Origin: the human T2T-CHM13v2.0 reference genome, Homo sapiens
Reading direction: 5' to 3' (one strand)
Assembly (NCBI RefSeq): GCF_009914755.1
Contig: NC_060934.1
DNA: 64,000 nt
Below, piece after piece: positions 16,030 through 27,843 of this stretch. Numbering within the stretch: the stretch's first letter is position 1; each line of letters opens with the position of its first letter. The notes beneath the pieces were generated by a model. It worked only from the letters and a program-made list of their open reading frames with translations. It made no database searches and was not told the DNA's origin. The position numbers were made by a program, and so were the translations under genes.

Positions 16030-16250
16030 GTTTGCACAGTACAGCTTATAAAGCAAGCTGGCATCCCTTATTTGATTTGAATCAGCAACCCTGTGAGCGT
16101 GGCAGGGAAAGTGTACCATTACCCCATTTTAGTAAAACACAGCCAACTCCGCAAACATACCTGAGTTGTTCGGGCACATGCAGGAGTGTGCGTCAAGGCT
16201 GGGTCTTGAGTTCAGCCCTCTGGTTTCAGGTGCTGCATTCTTTCCATGTG
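16030..16250 (-). mobile_element. MIR
   Basis: cagcaaccctgtgagcgtggcaggg...ccccattttag. Confidence 0.55.
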
Positions 16251-17289
16251 GCCTTGCAAGCTCCATCCAGGAGGCAGAGGGCTGGATCCAATTGGGCAAG
16301 TGAATTTAGACCAGGAGATATTTAGGATTTTTGGGTGGAATAGGGACTGAAACTTTAGAGTGTGGGCACTTCCTCTCACATAGAAAATGGGATGTGTAGA
16401 GTCACACCAAATATCACTCTCCCCAACCCTGTCAGGGACTTGGACTTGTTAGTTCCAATACGGATAATCTTGGAAGGCAGCAGGTTAAGGAGGGCTACAC
16501 ATTTAAAGACCACAGCAACCATTAAAAAAATCACTTTACTATCAAAATTCTTATACTGTGCTTGGCATTGGGCAGGAATAGATGAATGAAAGAAGTGAGG
16601 AATAAAGGCATTAGTTGCTGGTGTTGCGTGTGTCTGAAGCTGGCTTGAGCATTTGGGGACAGCAGAAGATACTAGCTGCTTGGGGACAAGAAAATTGGAG
16701 GTGGATACTCAACAAAGACAGCTCCAACTGATTTTATAAGAAGTCAGCTATGTCCCTTATTGTCACCTTATTTATGGTGACATAAATTATTATAATCTTC
16801 TATTGTCACCGCCCTCTTCACTCTTGTAGAGCTTTTAATCAAATCATTACTGACTACACCAAGTGCAATCCCACTCTCCTTCTTGCACCCTTCCCTTGTC
16901 CTTTGTGCCTTGTTTCCCACCTTGGCACAGCCTTGCCGTGTCTCTGAGTGGATCCTGCGTATATCATGGTGCACTCAACACAGCCCATACTGCTCCATCT
17001 CCATGCTGCTTTTCTCATAACTAGAATGCTGCCCCTACCTCCTGCTCTTTTCTATCTACCCCTGTCCAATTTAAAAAGAAAAAAAAGAAATAAAGCAGAC
17101 AAGCTCCATTTCAGTGTATAGAAATTCCTACCATGCTCTAAGACCCAGCTCATATAACCCCTCCTTCATGAAGACTTTGTTAATCACATTTTCTGGACTT
17201 AATTGCTTCCTCTTCTCAAATCTTATAGCACATTTTCCATACCTCTCTCCTACATTTATCATCTCATCCCTTCTTTTACTGCCATATAT

Positions 17290-17490
17290 TTATAATTCAT
17301 CCAAAGGACCTTGTATAGTACCTGCCATGTGTCAGCCGTTGTGCTTGGTGGTGGGAATACAGAGCTAAATGAGACCTGATTTCTGACCTCAAGGAGGTCA
17401 CAGTCTAACAGGGAAGACAGACATACAGAGAAATCATATTATCCCAGTATGACAGAAGCTATAAGAGATGTATGAACAGTGTTATTTCAA
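17290..17490 (-). mobile_element. L2 fragment
   Basis: tacctgccatgtgtcag...gacctcaaggaggtcacagtctaacagggaagacagac. Confidence 0.7.
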
Positions 17491-18084
17491 ATAAGATGTC
17501 AGATGCCAATTTAAAATAGTTATATGTACCTATATGTACTTCCATAAATGTAATTTTCCAGCTATACACACACACATATAGAGACAGACTTCTCTGCTAT
17601 TCTCTCTGTGTGTATGTCTGTATATAGCTTGTAAGAAGAGAGAAGTGCTATTACTCATGAATTATTCCAATTTATTTTCATTTCTCCTGCTGTCTAAAAT
17701 CCCCCCAGGATTATAGCCAGTTAGGTCAAAAAGGTACTTATTTGACAAAGCTTATTTGGTAAACCTGGCTCTCCCAACAATTTGCCTAGTTCTTTTCTCA
17801 TTACACATCTCTGTTTCCTATTTTTCTCTCCAAGAACAAAGAAAACAAAAGTTATCTTTACCCCTGGGCCTTGAGCTCTAGATCTCTCTCCCTGATTTGC
17901 AGAGTTTAGCAGGTGTATTTCTAGTTCACATAAGAGGTACTCGGTAAATATTTGTGGAATTCATGAATGAATGATAAACTCCTTGAGGGCAAGGGTGCGT
18001 TTTTCTCTTCTCTGCATTCCTATTCATTGCCTTGCACGGAAGCCCACATAAACACTTACTGAGTAGAGGAGCATCACGTTAGAG

Positions 18085-18320
18085 CAGAACAAGCATGGTT
18101 GAGTCAGACAGGCATGGGCAGAAATGCTGGTTCTGTCTCTTGCTGGTTGTGTGCTGTGGGGGCAATTTGCTTAACCCTTGGGACTCTGTTTCTTTATCTG
18201 TAAAATGGGCGATATTATATAATACCTGCTCTGTTTCAAAGGTTTTTTGTGAAGATTGAGAATTGCCCAGTGTAGTACTTAGCACATAGTAGGAGTGCAA
18301 TTAATGTTAGCTCCTGCTTA
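18085..18320 (+). mobile_element. MIR
   Basis: ctctgtttctttatctgtaaaatgggcgata...cttagcacatagtaggagtgcaattaatgttagct. Confidence 0.8.
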
Positions 18321-19279
18321 TGCTTCCTTGAGTTTGAGTCCCATTCTGATTCTGGGGCCATCAGCTGGAGGGGATTCAAGTCAGGTTTTGCTGTAGATCC
18401 GGAACTACCCCCTCCACCATCCTGCCTGCCATATCCACCGACTGGGTTTCCGGAGCCACACTCTCATCTCTTTCTGGTCCGAGTACTTGCCTAACAGCCC
18501 CGAGCTTGTTAGGTGGGTTTATTGCATCTACTTTCAATGTTCTTCCCTGGAAATTCACTCCTCCCCAGTGGCGTTTGGAAGGCTGTGAGTGGTGGGAGAG
18601 GTCGGGGTGGGCAGGCTTTCTCTTGCTCTTGGTTTTGTTTGCTTGGCATAGAATGTCTTAAGCCTGAAGGTTACATTATCATCTCTTCATGGCTCTATTA
18701 ATATCCTTCTGGGCTGGGCTCCAGGGGAAAAGGAGTTTCCATCCTATAATTCTCAGTGTTTTGACTTTTCCTCTGGGGAATGCTGGTGTGACCACGCTGA
18801 GGTATCCTCCTCATACGTGTCCCACTCCCTGCTTTATTTGTAAGGTTAAATTCAATGTAAAGGAAGCAGTGTTTTGCTAGATTAGAATCTCACCATGGTG
18901 GGGTGGGTAGTGTCACTGTAGCATAGAGGTGGGAAAGGAACCATGATGTGATGGAGCCTTTCTGGAAATGTGGTCCTCTGGTTGCCACAGAAGATTTTCG
19001 AATCCTACTCAGGGTCCATCGAGTCAGACTTACTGGGGGTGGGCCATGGAATCAGCATTTAACAGGCTCCCCAGTGGCTCTTAGGCTCCGGCTTTATTCA
19101 TGGAATGGGAGGAGCACTACCTTGGGGGTACTTGGTCAAGGTCAGACATTGCCAAGGCTTAACCTTGAGTCATGTTCCCCTTTCTGGGGCTCCATTTTTT
19201 CATCTATAAAATGAGAGCAATAGACTGGCTTAATAGCATCTCCTGCTGAAGTCTGTGATTTACCAACACAATATCAATA

Positions 19280-19840
19280 TCTTTCATTTACTCAAAAGCG
19301 ATTATTGTATAAGAACCTTCAATATGCTGAGCCTGTGAAGGAGACAGAAGTACTAAACACAATCCCTACCTTAAGTTGTTTAGACTTTAGTTGAGAAGGC
19401 CACTCATGTAACGTTCAGAAACTATCAATATAGTGTTCGTGATAAATTGCATGACTCAATTTTAAGCAAAATAGGACTTCACAGGAGAGAACATTTTTGA
19501 TGTCTGGGATAATCCTGGGAGGCCACCTGAAAGGGGTGGGCTTTTGACTGTTGCTCCAACATCAGGCAGGCAAGTACAGGGGATAATGAAAGGATGGGGC
19601 ACAGGCAGTGATACAATGATAGAGCATGAAAGAAAGCAGAGATGTGAGGATGTGTTTGTCTTACCTGAGGTACCTTGAAAAACTTAGATTGTTTAAAACA
19701 GAGGACAGGTTTTTGCAAGCTAGAAAAAATGGTTGGAAGAGTATGCATGGGCCAGATTGTGGAGTCTAAGTGTGCCAGTCTAAGGAGTATGAATTTCATC
19801 CATTGGCAGAGGAAGCCAGTAAAGGTTTCTGATCAAGGAA
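19280..19840 (-). mobile_element. L2 fragment
   Basis: gggccagattgtggagtctaagtgtgccagtctaaggagtatgaatttcatcc. Confidence 0.7.
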
Positions 19841-19904
19841 GTGCATGAATTAAGAGGTAAAATTGAAACCATCTACCATGAAGGCAGAAGTAATATTCAC
19901 AGAA

Positions 19905-20387
19905 GTGTGGAAGGATATGTGAGTCTGGATTCTCCAAGAAGCAGACGTAAAGATGAAATGAGATCTCTGAGAAACTTATCAGGAAAAATGCCCGTGAGAG
20001 AAAGTGGGAAAGGAGCCAGAGCAGATTGGGACAACTGCTGGGCTAAGATGGACATCTGACCCCCCGGTGAAGGAGATGGGTAAGGAAGGAAGACAGGCAG
20101 GTAGGCTGGCTGGGAGCATCTCAGACTGTAGTGAGGTTCTGTGGAAAGTTCAGCAAGGCTGTTAGGAGATCTTAGCATCAATGTCACCCATCAAGGAGTC
20201 CTGTCACCCAGGAATGTGTCTGCCTAGTATTCCTGTTGCTTGTAACCATTGGCCAGGAGCAGCTTTCGTGGGGTGTGGGCTTGGCAAGAGGTAGCAATGG
20301 ATTTCAGAGCACAACAGCTGGAGTGCTTAGTCAATTATGCTTCCTGCAGGTGGAGATCTGAGAGGCATGTTCTCATGGCAGCTACTG
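19905..20387 (-). mobile_element. ERVL LTR (LTR16C-like)
   Basis: tctccaagaagcagacg...ctgacccccggtgaaggaga...ggagatctgagaggcatgttctcatggcagctac. Confidence 0.75.
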
Positions 20388-20429
20388 AGAGGAAGGAGAA
20401 ACTAAGGAGAGTCTAATAATATTCTCTTG

Positions 20430-20820
20430 AGTGGTTTATCTGCAGAACGCCTGCGTCTTTGCTCATGATGCTTCCTCCATGTAGAAACACTTCAGCATTC
20501 CCTTTAGCTAGTTAGTTTCTACTCTTTCTAGGTATTAGTTTGGGTTTCACCCTTAGGAATCCTTCCCTGACCTCTATCTAGTTTCTGTTTTTGGTGCTTC
20601 AACATTCCCCGGTTTTCCCTGCATTCCCCACCACAGCACCTATCAGTCTATATAGGAATTGCCTGCTCATTTCTTAGGTTTCTCCCCTACTAGACTAGAC
20701 TGTGAGCTACTAGAAGGAAGAATCTGGATCTTTTATTTCTGTATCCCCCATGTATAGCCCAGTGGCCAGAACATCATAGTCATTTAATAGAGGAAGAAAG
20801 GAAATGATGGAAGGAGGGAG
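20430..20820 (+). mobile_element. L2 3' fragment
   Basis: ctccсctactagactagactgtgagctactagaaggaag...tctgtatccccca. Confidence 0.65.
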
Positions 20821-20956
20821 GGAAAAAGCGGAGTGGTCCAAGCTTTGAGTAAGGAGAAGGGTTTTCCAGATCTAGTGGTTAGAAGCTCTGCTAATTAAGT
20901 GAAACTCTTACCCTCAGCATCTCTTTCTTCATTCTATGTAGATTTTGCACTTTTTA

Positions 20957-21087
20957 GAGGCATGTGCCCTGAAGGCTTGATGTTGGGGAAAAATGATTTT
21001 GGAGGCATGTCCTCTGAAGGCTTGATGTTGGGGAAAAATGATTTTGGAGGCATGTCCTCTGAAGGCTTGATGTTGGGGAAAAAATGA
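20957..21087. repeat. 45-bp minisatellite, about 2.9 copies
   Basis: Unit gaggcatgtcctctgaaggcttgatgttggggaaaaatgattttg starts at 20957, 21002 and 21047. Confidence 0.95.
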
Positions 21088-21279
21088 AATGGTCTGACTT
21101 GCTCCTGCAGAGCCTGAGGTGGTCATTCTGACTCATTCCTAGTAGATCAGTTTTGAGCTTTTTTACTTTTTCCAGAATTTGGCATGGCCTGCACATAGCC
21201 TCCCATGCTTTTACACGGTGACTTTAAGAAGGACTTGGTACATGAAATAAGGTCAAATGAAGAACAGAAGAACTTTGAG

Positions 21280-21306
21280 GTGTGTGTGTGTGTATGTGTG
21301 TGTGTA
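21280..21306. repeat. (TG)n microsatellite
   Basis: Direct reading. Confidence 0.9.
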
Positions 21307-21500
21307 TACCATATATACTGATTCAACAAACAGAAATTATCTGGCAACTTGCTAGACACTTGGTGAGGCTATGGATAAGTTTATTTCTCTGTTAGTCTCT
21401 GGCTTTAATAAATGAGGAAACTAGTTATGAATGGGAGGGGCAAAGACCTCTAAGTGACTGTAGAGAACAATTCTTTGCATGGGTTCCTCACTCCTTGCTG

Positions 21501-21668
21501 TTGTGCTGTGGTAATAAGACAGGTAGCTTGGTAGAGTCTACTGTTCTACAAATAGCCATGCCACTGGTGTGTGCTATTAATACATACTCTTTGATTTGTG
21601 CTGTGGTAGGTAGTAGGACAGGTAGCTTGGTAAATTCTACTATTCTACAAATGGCCATGCCATTGATG
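21501..21668. repeat. Diverged tandem duplication, period about 95-99 bp
   Basis: ttgtgctgtggta...gacaggtagcttggta...ctac...ttctacaaat(a/g)gccatgcca at 21501 and 21596. Confidence 0.9.
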
Positions 21669-23024
21669 ATGTTTCTTGCCAACCTGCCATTCCTCATCGC
21701 AGAGAAATTGAATATTCCCGTCACCTTTGGCACATAATGGATCATATCCCTTGCCTTTAATTTTTTTCTTGGTTTATATAGAAGAAATGGAAATGGGGCT
21801 GATTGACCCCATAGAGTGCTGGATGAGAATAAATCTCAAAGTGAGCATTTTGTTGTTAGTTAAGTGCCATAAAAATGTGCAATATAATGGCTGATTATTT
21901 TTCTTTAATCTTAAATGGATACCTAGAATGGGAAAGTCCCATCTCGGTAGCAGAAATTCATTATCTCGGAAAGAATTTAATGGTTGCTGTGAAAATGAAC
22001 TGGAGGAAGTTAAATTGTGGAATGGGAAGGAGCTGAAAAAAGTGAAATGAGTTGTGCATTAAATTTAGATAAACACAATTATGTGTAACTGGATTATCAC
22101 GCGTGCAGGCAGGCAATGTGTATTATGCACCTGCGTTTTGATTAAAATCGATTCAGGTGCACGCACTTAGCATCCTTTTAAATGTGGAGCTGTGCCTAAG
22201 CCACTGCCCGGATGCATGAGAGGCAGGTAGGGCAACATCTGACAGCCAAGTCCCCAGCTAGAGAAAGCGCATGGGAACAGACTGGTCAGCCCAAGATTGG
22301 TTAAGAAAACCACCAACTGGATTACTGGTAGCCTCAGCTCTCTGATACGTCCAGCTTCCTTTTGGGTTACTTAACATCAACTGATGTCAAGAAAGTGGTC
22401 ATGGAGTCCAGTGGGGTTCAATGATCTGCTTACTCCATAGTAGTGGGGGCAGGTGATACATGGTCGAAGGCAGATGGTATCAGGGGATGTTGGGGAAGTA
22501 GGCCTGTCTGCATTCAGGTATTTATGCCTGCCAAGGCCCTGTTGATGGAAACACAAAATCTCTTTGAACCCCTTTTACAGACAGAATCAGGACCACTTCC
22601 CTTTTACCCTTTTAGTTCCAATTCTGTAAATCAGAGTCATCTCTGGATCAAAAGCAAGCCTATCATCTGATCTCTGGGTGGCCTTGGTGGTGAACAAAGC
22701 CAGCTGGCCTGCATCTGACCTCGAAGGAGGACAGATGTGGAGAAACAGCTGTCAATAGCCAATTAATTCCTGTTGGCATGTTTTATTTCAAATGCAAGCA
22801 CTGTCAGGATTAAAATAAATGCTACCAGTTACAGGCATGCATTAAATTAATAACTTTTTCCCCCTTGCTTAATCCTATAATACCCCGCAACTCAATGGAT
22901 AAATACTAAGCCCTCCTCTGGGTGATAGGAGATGCATTATATATTGTTACACAAACTAAAGTAAGCTTCCTTTTTTTCCCTCCCTTTGTTCCTCTCCTTT
23001 GCCCTTATCCCCAACCCCTTGCAG

Positions 23025-23092
23025 GTCATACTTATCCTGACGAAGCTGTATGACTTCAACCTGGGCAGCGTGACTGAGAGTTCACTATGGAG
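23025..23092 (+). CDS. Candidate internal coding exon (68 nt, phase 0 in, phase 2 out) of an unidentified large-intron gene; VILILTKLYDFNLGSVTESSLW(R)
   Basis: About 55-nt pyrimidine tract ending in ttgcAG (23023-23024). Donor is GAG|GTAAGC (GT at 23093). Only one of the three frames is open. Third positions are C/G-rich (GTC ATC CTG ACG AAG CTG GAC TTC AAC CTG GGC AGC GTG GAG), two CpGs are retained, and the flanks are non-repetitive. Confidence 0.8.
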
Positions 23093-24779
23093 GTAAGCAG
23101 ATTAGAGATTCTTAAGGAGCCACCCTGGCTTGGCTCACATGAGAAACGCAAGCTAAGCAGTTGGGAAGTGTGGACTGGAAGGAGCAGAAGATAGTCCTCT
23201 TCCTGGAAGCTCATGTTAATGCTCTGGGTGGAACTGATGGCCCCCACCTGTGAATTCCTTTCCTGCTCTGCTTATCTCTTTTGGGACCTGTTGCAAATAC
23301 ACCTTGGCCCTCTCATTGCTTCTGTGCTTTTGGAGTGTCTCATTCTACTTGAAGAAGGTGGGGCCTGGCTAGAGAGATCAGATAAACATGCACGAGTAGA
23401 GGTTCTTGATTAGGAAGCCTGCTGTAGGAGAGATTCTTGTCCTGGATGTGTGTCTTGGCCAAAGGACTGCCTCCAGCCCTTTGCATCTGCTAGATGCTGT
23501 GGTTCTTGAGAAGGCAGTATCATGGGGACAGATACACATGGGAAGAGATACAGATACAAGGCTGCATGATGATGTTCTGATCCCCAGGCAATTTTGCCTT
23601 CAGGGGCCCCTTGCCCCATAAAATAATATTAAAAGGTCTGTTTTACCACTGCGTTGGTATAAAGACAACTACATTAATATCATATATTAAAACACTTGTT
23701 TCAGCCCAGTTTATTCTTTTGATTTTAAAATAAAACACTTTTGGGGCCTCTAAGACTATTGTGAGCCTAGCTGCTGTACCTCTTGTGCCTAGTGGATAAG
23801 TTTGCCCTGTTAACAATGATTGTGCACACAGGACGAGGGAGAAGAGGGATGTGGGTGAGTGAAGTTAGAGAGAACCTTAATAAAGCCATGAAACCAGGAG
23901 TTTCTCAGGACAGGGAATGCCCGTGTGTTACACACACTTACGCCTATACCTCCTCACGTACATATGCACATCCATACGACCACATTGACGTGCAGTCACA
24001 CTGGTCGACAGCGGGTCTTATCAGTCACTGGGACTTGGTGCTTCACCCTCTCTGCTAGGTCCATGAGACTTGAGGTGTTGTGTGTTTTCTCCCATTTACC
24101 TTGTGATGTGTCAATACTGGGCAGGAAGCTGTCACAAAAAGCCATGCATCTGGCTGCATCATCATCCCTACTAAGTCCTGACCTGAGGGTTTCCTGGGGT
24201 TTTGGAGCAGAGGGGACTGGGGTGTGAAATGCTTCTTCATCTGACCTGTTTGTTTGCAGAGAACTAGGCAGCTTCTCTCCAGGGAAGAGGGAGCAGTCAC
24301 AGTATCTATTAAATATTTAGGGGTTAATTGCTCATGTCGACTGAGGCCTGCCTCCATTTTCACAGGATGTCTAAAACCTAATTTTGCTGCTCAGTGAAAA
24401 TTGGCAGAGGTATAAGTAACTAGCATGCCTCGAACAAATGAAAGCATGACTATTTCCACTCACACGGTACTTTCCAGGAAATTAGAACCTCAGAAACCTC
24501 CCTTCAAGCCCAAGCACAATGATGCTGTGTGATACTTTAAGCCTCATTCCTGTGGTGTCTGCTTGGTCAAATCATGAAACAAGCCAGAAAATTCTATCTT
24601 TATATTGAAGAACAGCTATTCCTGCTACTCCATGTTGCAGAAAAGGTTTGGCTATTTCTAGGAGCAGGCTAGGCAAGTATAGGAACCTAGGCCAGTTGCT
24701 TAATGCTAGAGGCCTTCAAGTTATGAAGGGTGTTTCTCACAATTTCAAGAGTCAGTGTATTCATCAGTATGTACCAAGA

Positions 24780-25750
24780 GACACTATATAGTTTGGTGTC
24801 TGTAAGGGTACCCTGGTGTTCAATTGCCAGGATTGAAGTCCCAGTTTGTCCACCACCAAGCTGTGTTATTTTGGGCATTTTACTTAATCTCTGTCTATTA
24901 GTTCCCCAGGGCTGCCATAACAATTACTACAAACTGAGTGGCTTAAAGCAACAGAAATGTCTTCTCTCACAGTTCTGGAGCCCAGAAGTCTGAAATCAAG
25001 GTGTCGTCAGGGCTGTGTTCCTTCTGAAGGATCTAGGGTTCTCCTGGATAAACCAGGATGACCTCATCTTGAGATCCTTAACTTAATGACATCTGCAAAG
25101 AATCTTTTATCAAATAAGGTTCCATTATAGATTCTGGGAGTTAGGATGGGGACATATCTTTTAAGGGAGTTTATCATTCAATCCACTTCACTAAGTCTGT
25201 TTCTCTGCATATAAATTGGGGTTAGCACAGAACATGTCTTTGCTCTAGCCTCATTTTACTTGCTATTCCTCCAACGTACCAACCACGCTTTTCCTGAGAG
25301 CCTTTACACTCAGATTTTCCCTCTGCCTAGTGCTCCCAGGTGACAGGGCAGACACCTTACTTCCTTCCTCTCTCTGGTCATAGGTCACCTAATCATGAGG
25401 TCCTTCCCCAGGATTCCAAATTCCATCACTTGGCTACATTTTTTTTTCTTGGTCCTTATCACCAGCTGGCATATGCTAAATGTTTACTTGCTGGTTTGTT
25501 TATTGTCTTCCCACACCCACTCACATCTAAGCTTGTAGAGAGAGGGAATTTTTTTCACTTTAATTCAGTGCTGTATTCTCAGCATCTAGAAGATTATTTG
25601 GCACACAAGAGGTGCTTAATAAATGTTTACTTAGTGAATAAATTAATGAATGGGCTGTTTTAAGGATTAAGTGAAACAAATATAAAAACATTTAGTCCAG
25701 TAACTCACATGTAGGAAGTGCTTACTTAACTGTAATTGTTAATGATTGTC
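24780..25750 (+). mobile_element. MIR interrupted by an MLT1 LTR and an L2 piece (25240-25650)
   Basis: MIR segments at 24780-24893, 25191-25232 and 25652-25750 read colinearly; L2 3' end ...ggcacacaagaggtgcttaataaatgtttac. Confidence 0.6.
24894..25190 (-). mobile_element. MaLR LTR (MLT1C-like, internally deleted)
   Basis: tattagttccccagggctgccataacaa...gaagtctgaaatcaaggtgtc...cattcaatccacttca. Confidence 0.85.
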
Positions 25751-27771
25751 ATAGCCCTGTGTTTGGATAGCATTTTCATTCCATTGTTGACTTTGTTTTT
25801 AAGGATTCCTTGCTGCAGAGGTGCATGTGAGGGAATTTATAAGACACCAAGCGGGTGTAGTCTGTATTCTCTAGGAATTAGCAGAGATCTTTGAGGTTGA
25901 AGGTTGGGGGTTAGGGAGGGGAGAAGAGTGATTTAGAATGTTGTCCCTTGTGCTAGTTGGGAGGAATTGAAATACCAATTTCTGTCTAGTCAAAGATATT
26001 CTTTATAGAAAAGATTCTCCAAGCTGGGTGGTGGCATGAAGGGAGGGATGCAGTTTGGCAAGTGGAGAAATGTCCCTACCACAGGGCAAAGTCCAGGTGA
26101 GGCTGGTCTGCGGAAGAGAATGGAGCCAGACGGGAGGCACAGGGAGCAGCTGAGTGCTGGACCAGGTCCGGAGGGTGTGGAGATTGACCAGGTTCACAGA
26201 AGGGGCCCAAGCAAAGGGAGTTACTCAGAGCGAATTTACAGATCACAGATTCCATATGGTGTGACCTTATGGGGATTTGGAAAGCTGGTGAATATTATGG
26301 GTTTTCCGTGTTGACCAATATCATATATGAGTATATTTTTGTGTTAGGTTTCAGGAGGTTCATGGACCTGATAAAGCCCCAGCTTAGGAGCCACTGGATA
26401 GAGTGTGACTGAGGAAAGGGACTGCTCCTAAACTTTCTGGGGGTTTCCCGGTTTGCTGGGACCTCATCGGGAGTCTTCTAACTTTTTACTGTCTTTCTCA
26501 CGTATCTTCTAAAGATCTGTATCTCCCGTTCTCTTTTCCTGTACTGATAATGATGTATTTTATAGTTAGAGCCTAGAGCCGTATGATTTCCCTTCCTAAT
26601 ACAGTGTGCAGACCAAAGAAACTAAATTAAACATGCACCCTTTCAGCTTCATGATTCGGCCTAACATGCTTAACCAAGTTGAAATTGAATTCAGTGATCT
26701 TCTTCAGTGTTCTGTACCATCAAGAAGCCTGGAACAGCAGCTGTCATGACAAGATGACACCCCCTGTCAGGTTGCAATGTGATATAATTATCTGCCTTAC
26801 TGGATTAATAATTCAGAGGCCATCTACTTCTAAATAGACAAAAGATTGTTTAAAAGCATTAATTTGTGTAGCAGTATCTTGTGCCCTTGTGACATTCTTT
26901 CCGGAATACCTTGGTGCTCTTCTACTGGTGGTGGCCAAGGTTATTTCTTCACCACCACCAGAGTAGTTATGTAAATTTGCCGTTTAGCACAACCATCTGT
27001 TGGTATCCCTTAGTCAAAAAACACTTTACCTATAAGATATCATGTGTAGAGAGTTCATGAGGTTGGGGACTGACTTGTTTAAAGGACCCAGGGCTTTCCC
27101 TGAGTTACCTGGGTCATAAGGCTGAGATTAGGAGCACTCCCTGGCTCTTCATCTGAGCCTCCTTCCACAGTGTCATATATCCATCTTCAAAAATGGAAAG
27201 TCTGCAGCTAGACAGACATAACCCTCCTATTTATGTCTCTTCCATTCCTAACAAATGTAGGCCATTGTCATGTGGTAGGGTGGTGCTATGGACTCAAAGG
27301 GAGGACCACATCTTTCTCATTTCCATGAGAACTGCATATGGTGCATGCTTTGGTGCCATATTTATGCCCTCTGCACTCGTGGATGCGCGTGTGTCTCTGC
27401 CTCAGTTGGTGGCATTCATGGTCCTCAATTAGGGAGGAAGGATGTCACTTTTCTCTGGAAGTGGAAACTCTGATAGTGCCAATTAATCCACTGCTCGAGG
27501 TTATTAAATCTTTACTTTTGAACATATGTCCTGGTGAGGATTTATGTTTCTGATTGGCAGATCGTTTCTTGGACTCATTTCTGTATGTCTTGGACATGAG
27601 CCCTTGGACTGATAAACAAAAACTTTAAAGAAGTTTAAGTTACCCCCTTCTGGAGGGAAATGAGTTAGCAAGCAATTCTCCAGCTTCTGCCTGTCCGTCC
27701 TAAGCATGACTGTTCATCAAGGGTCCCTGACTGATCAGCTTCAGAACAAAATATACATGGTAAAGGAACTT

Positions 27772-27843
27772 CAGGTGTGAGGTCACCACAGGTATGCAGT
27801 CCCCACAGGTGCAAGGTGTCCACAGGTGTGAGGTCTCTGCAGG
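27772..27843. repeat. Degenerate 17-bp tandem repeat, about 4.2 copies
   Basis: cagg at 27772, 27789, 27806, 27823 and 27840. Confidence 0.85.

Noticed and set aside
20899-21196. ORFs with 15-aa repeats
   Set aside because: By-product of the 45-bp minisatellite; no splice or coding signal.
23025-23092. Assigning a gene symbol to the exon
   Set aside because: I could not match the peptide to a protein I recognise with confidence.
26925-26961. 10-bp inverted repeat ctggtggtgg/ccaccaccag
   Set aside because: Low-complexity stem, too short for a pre-miRNA.
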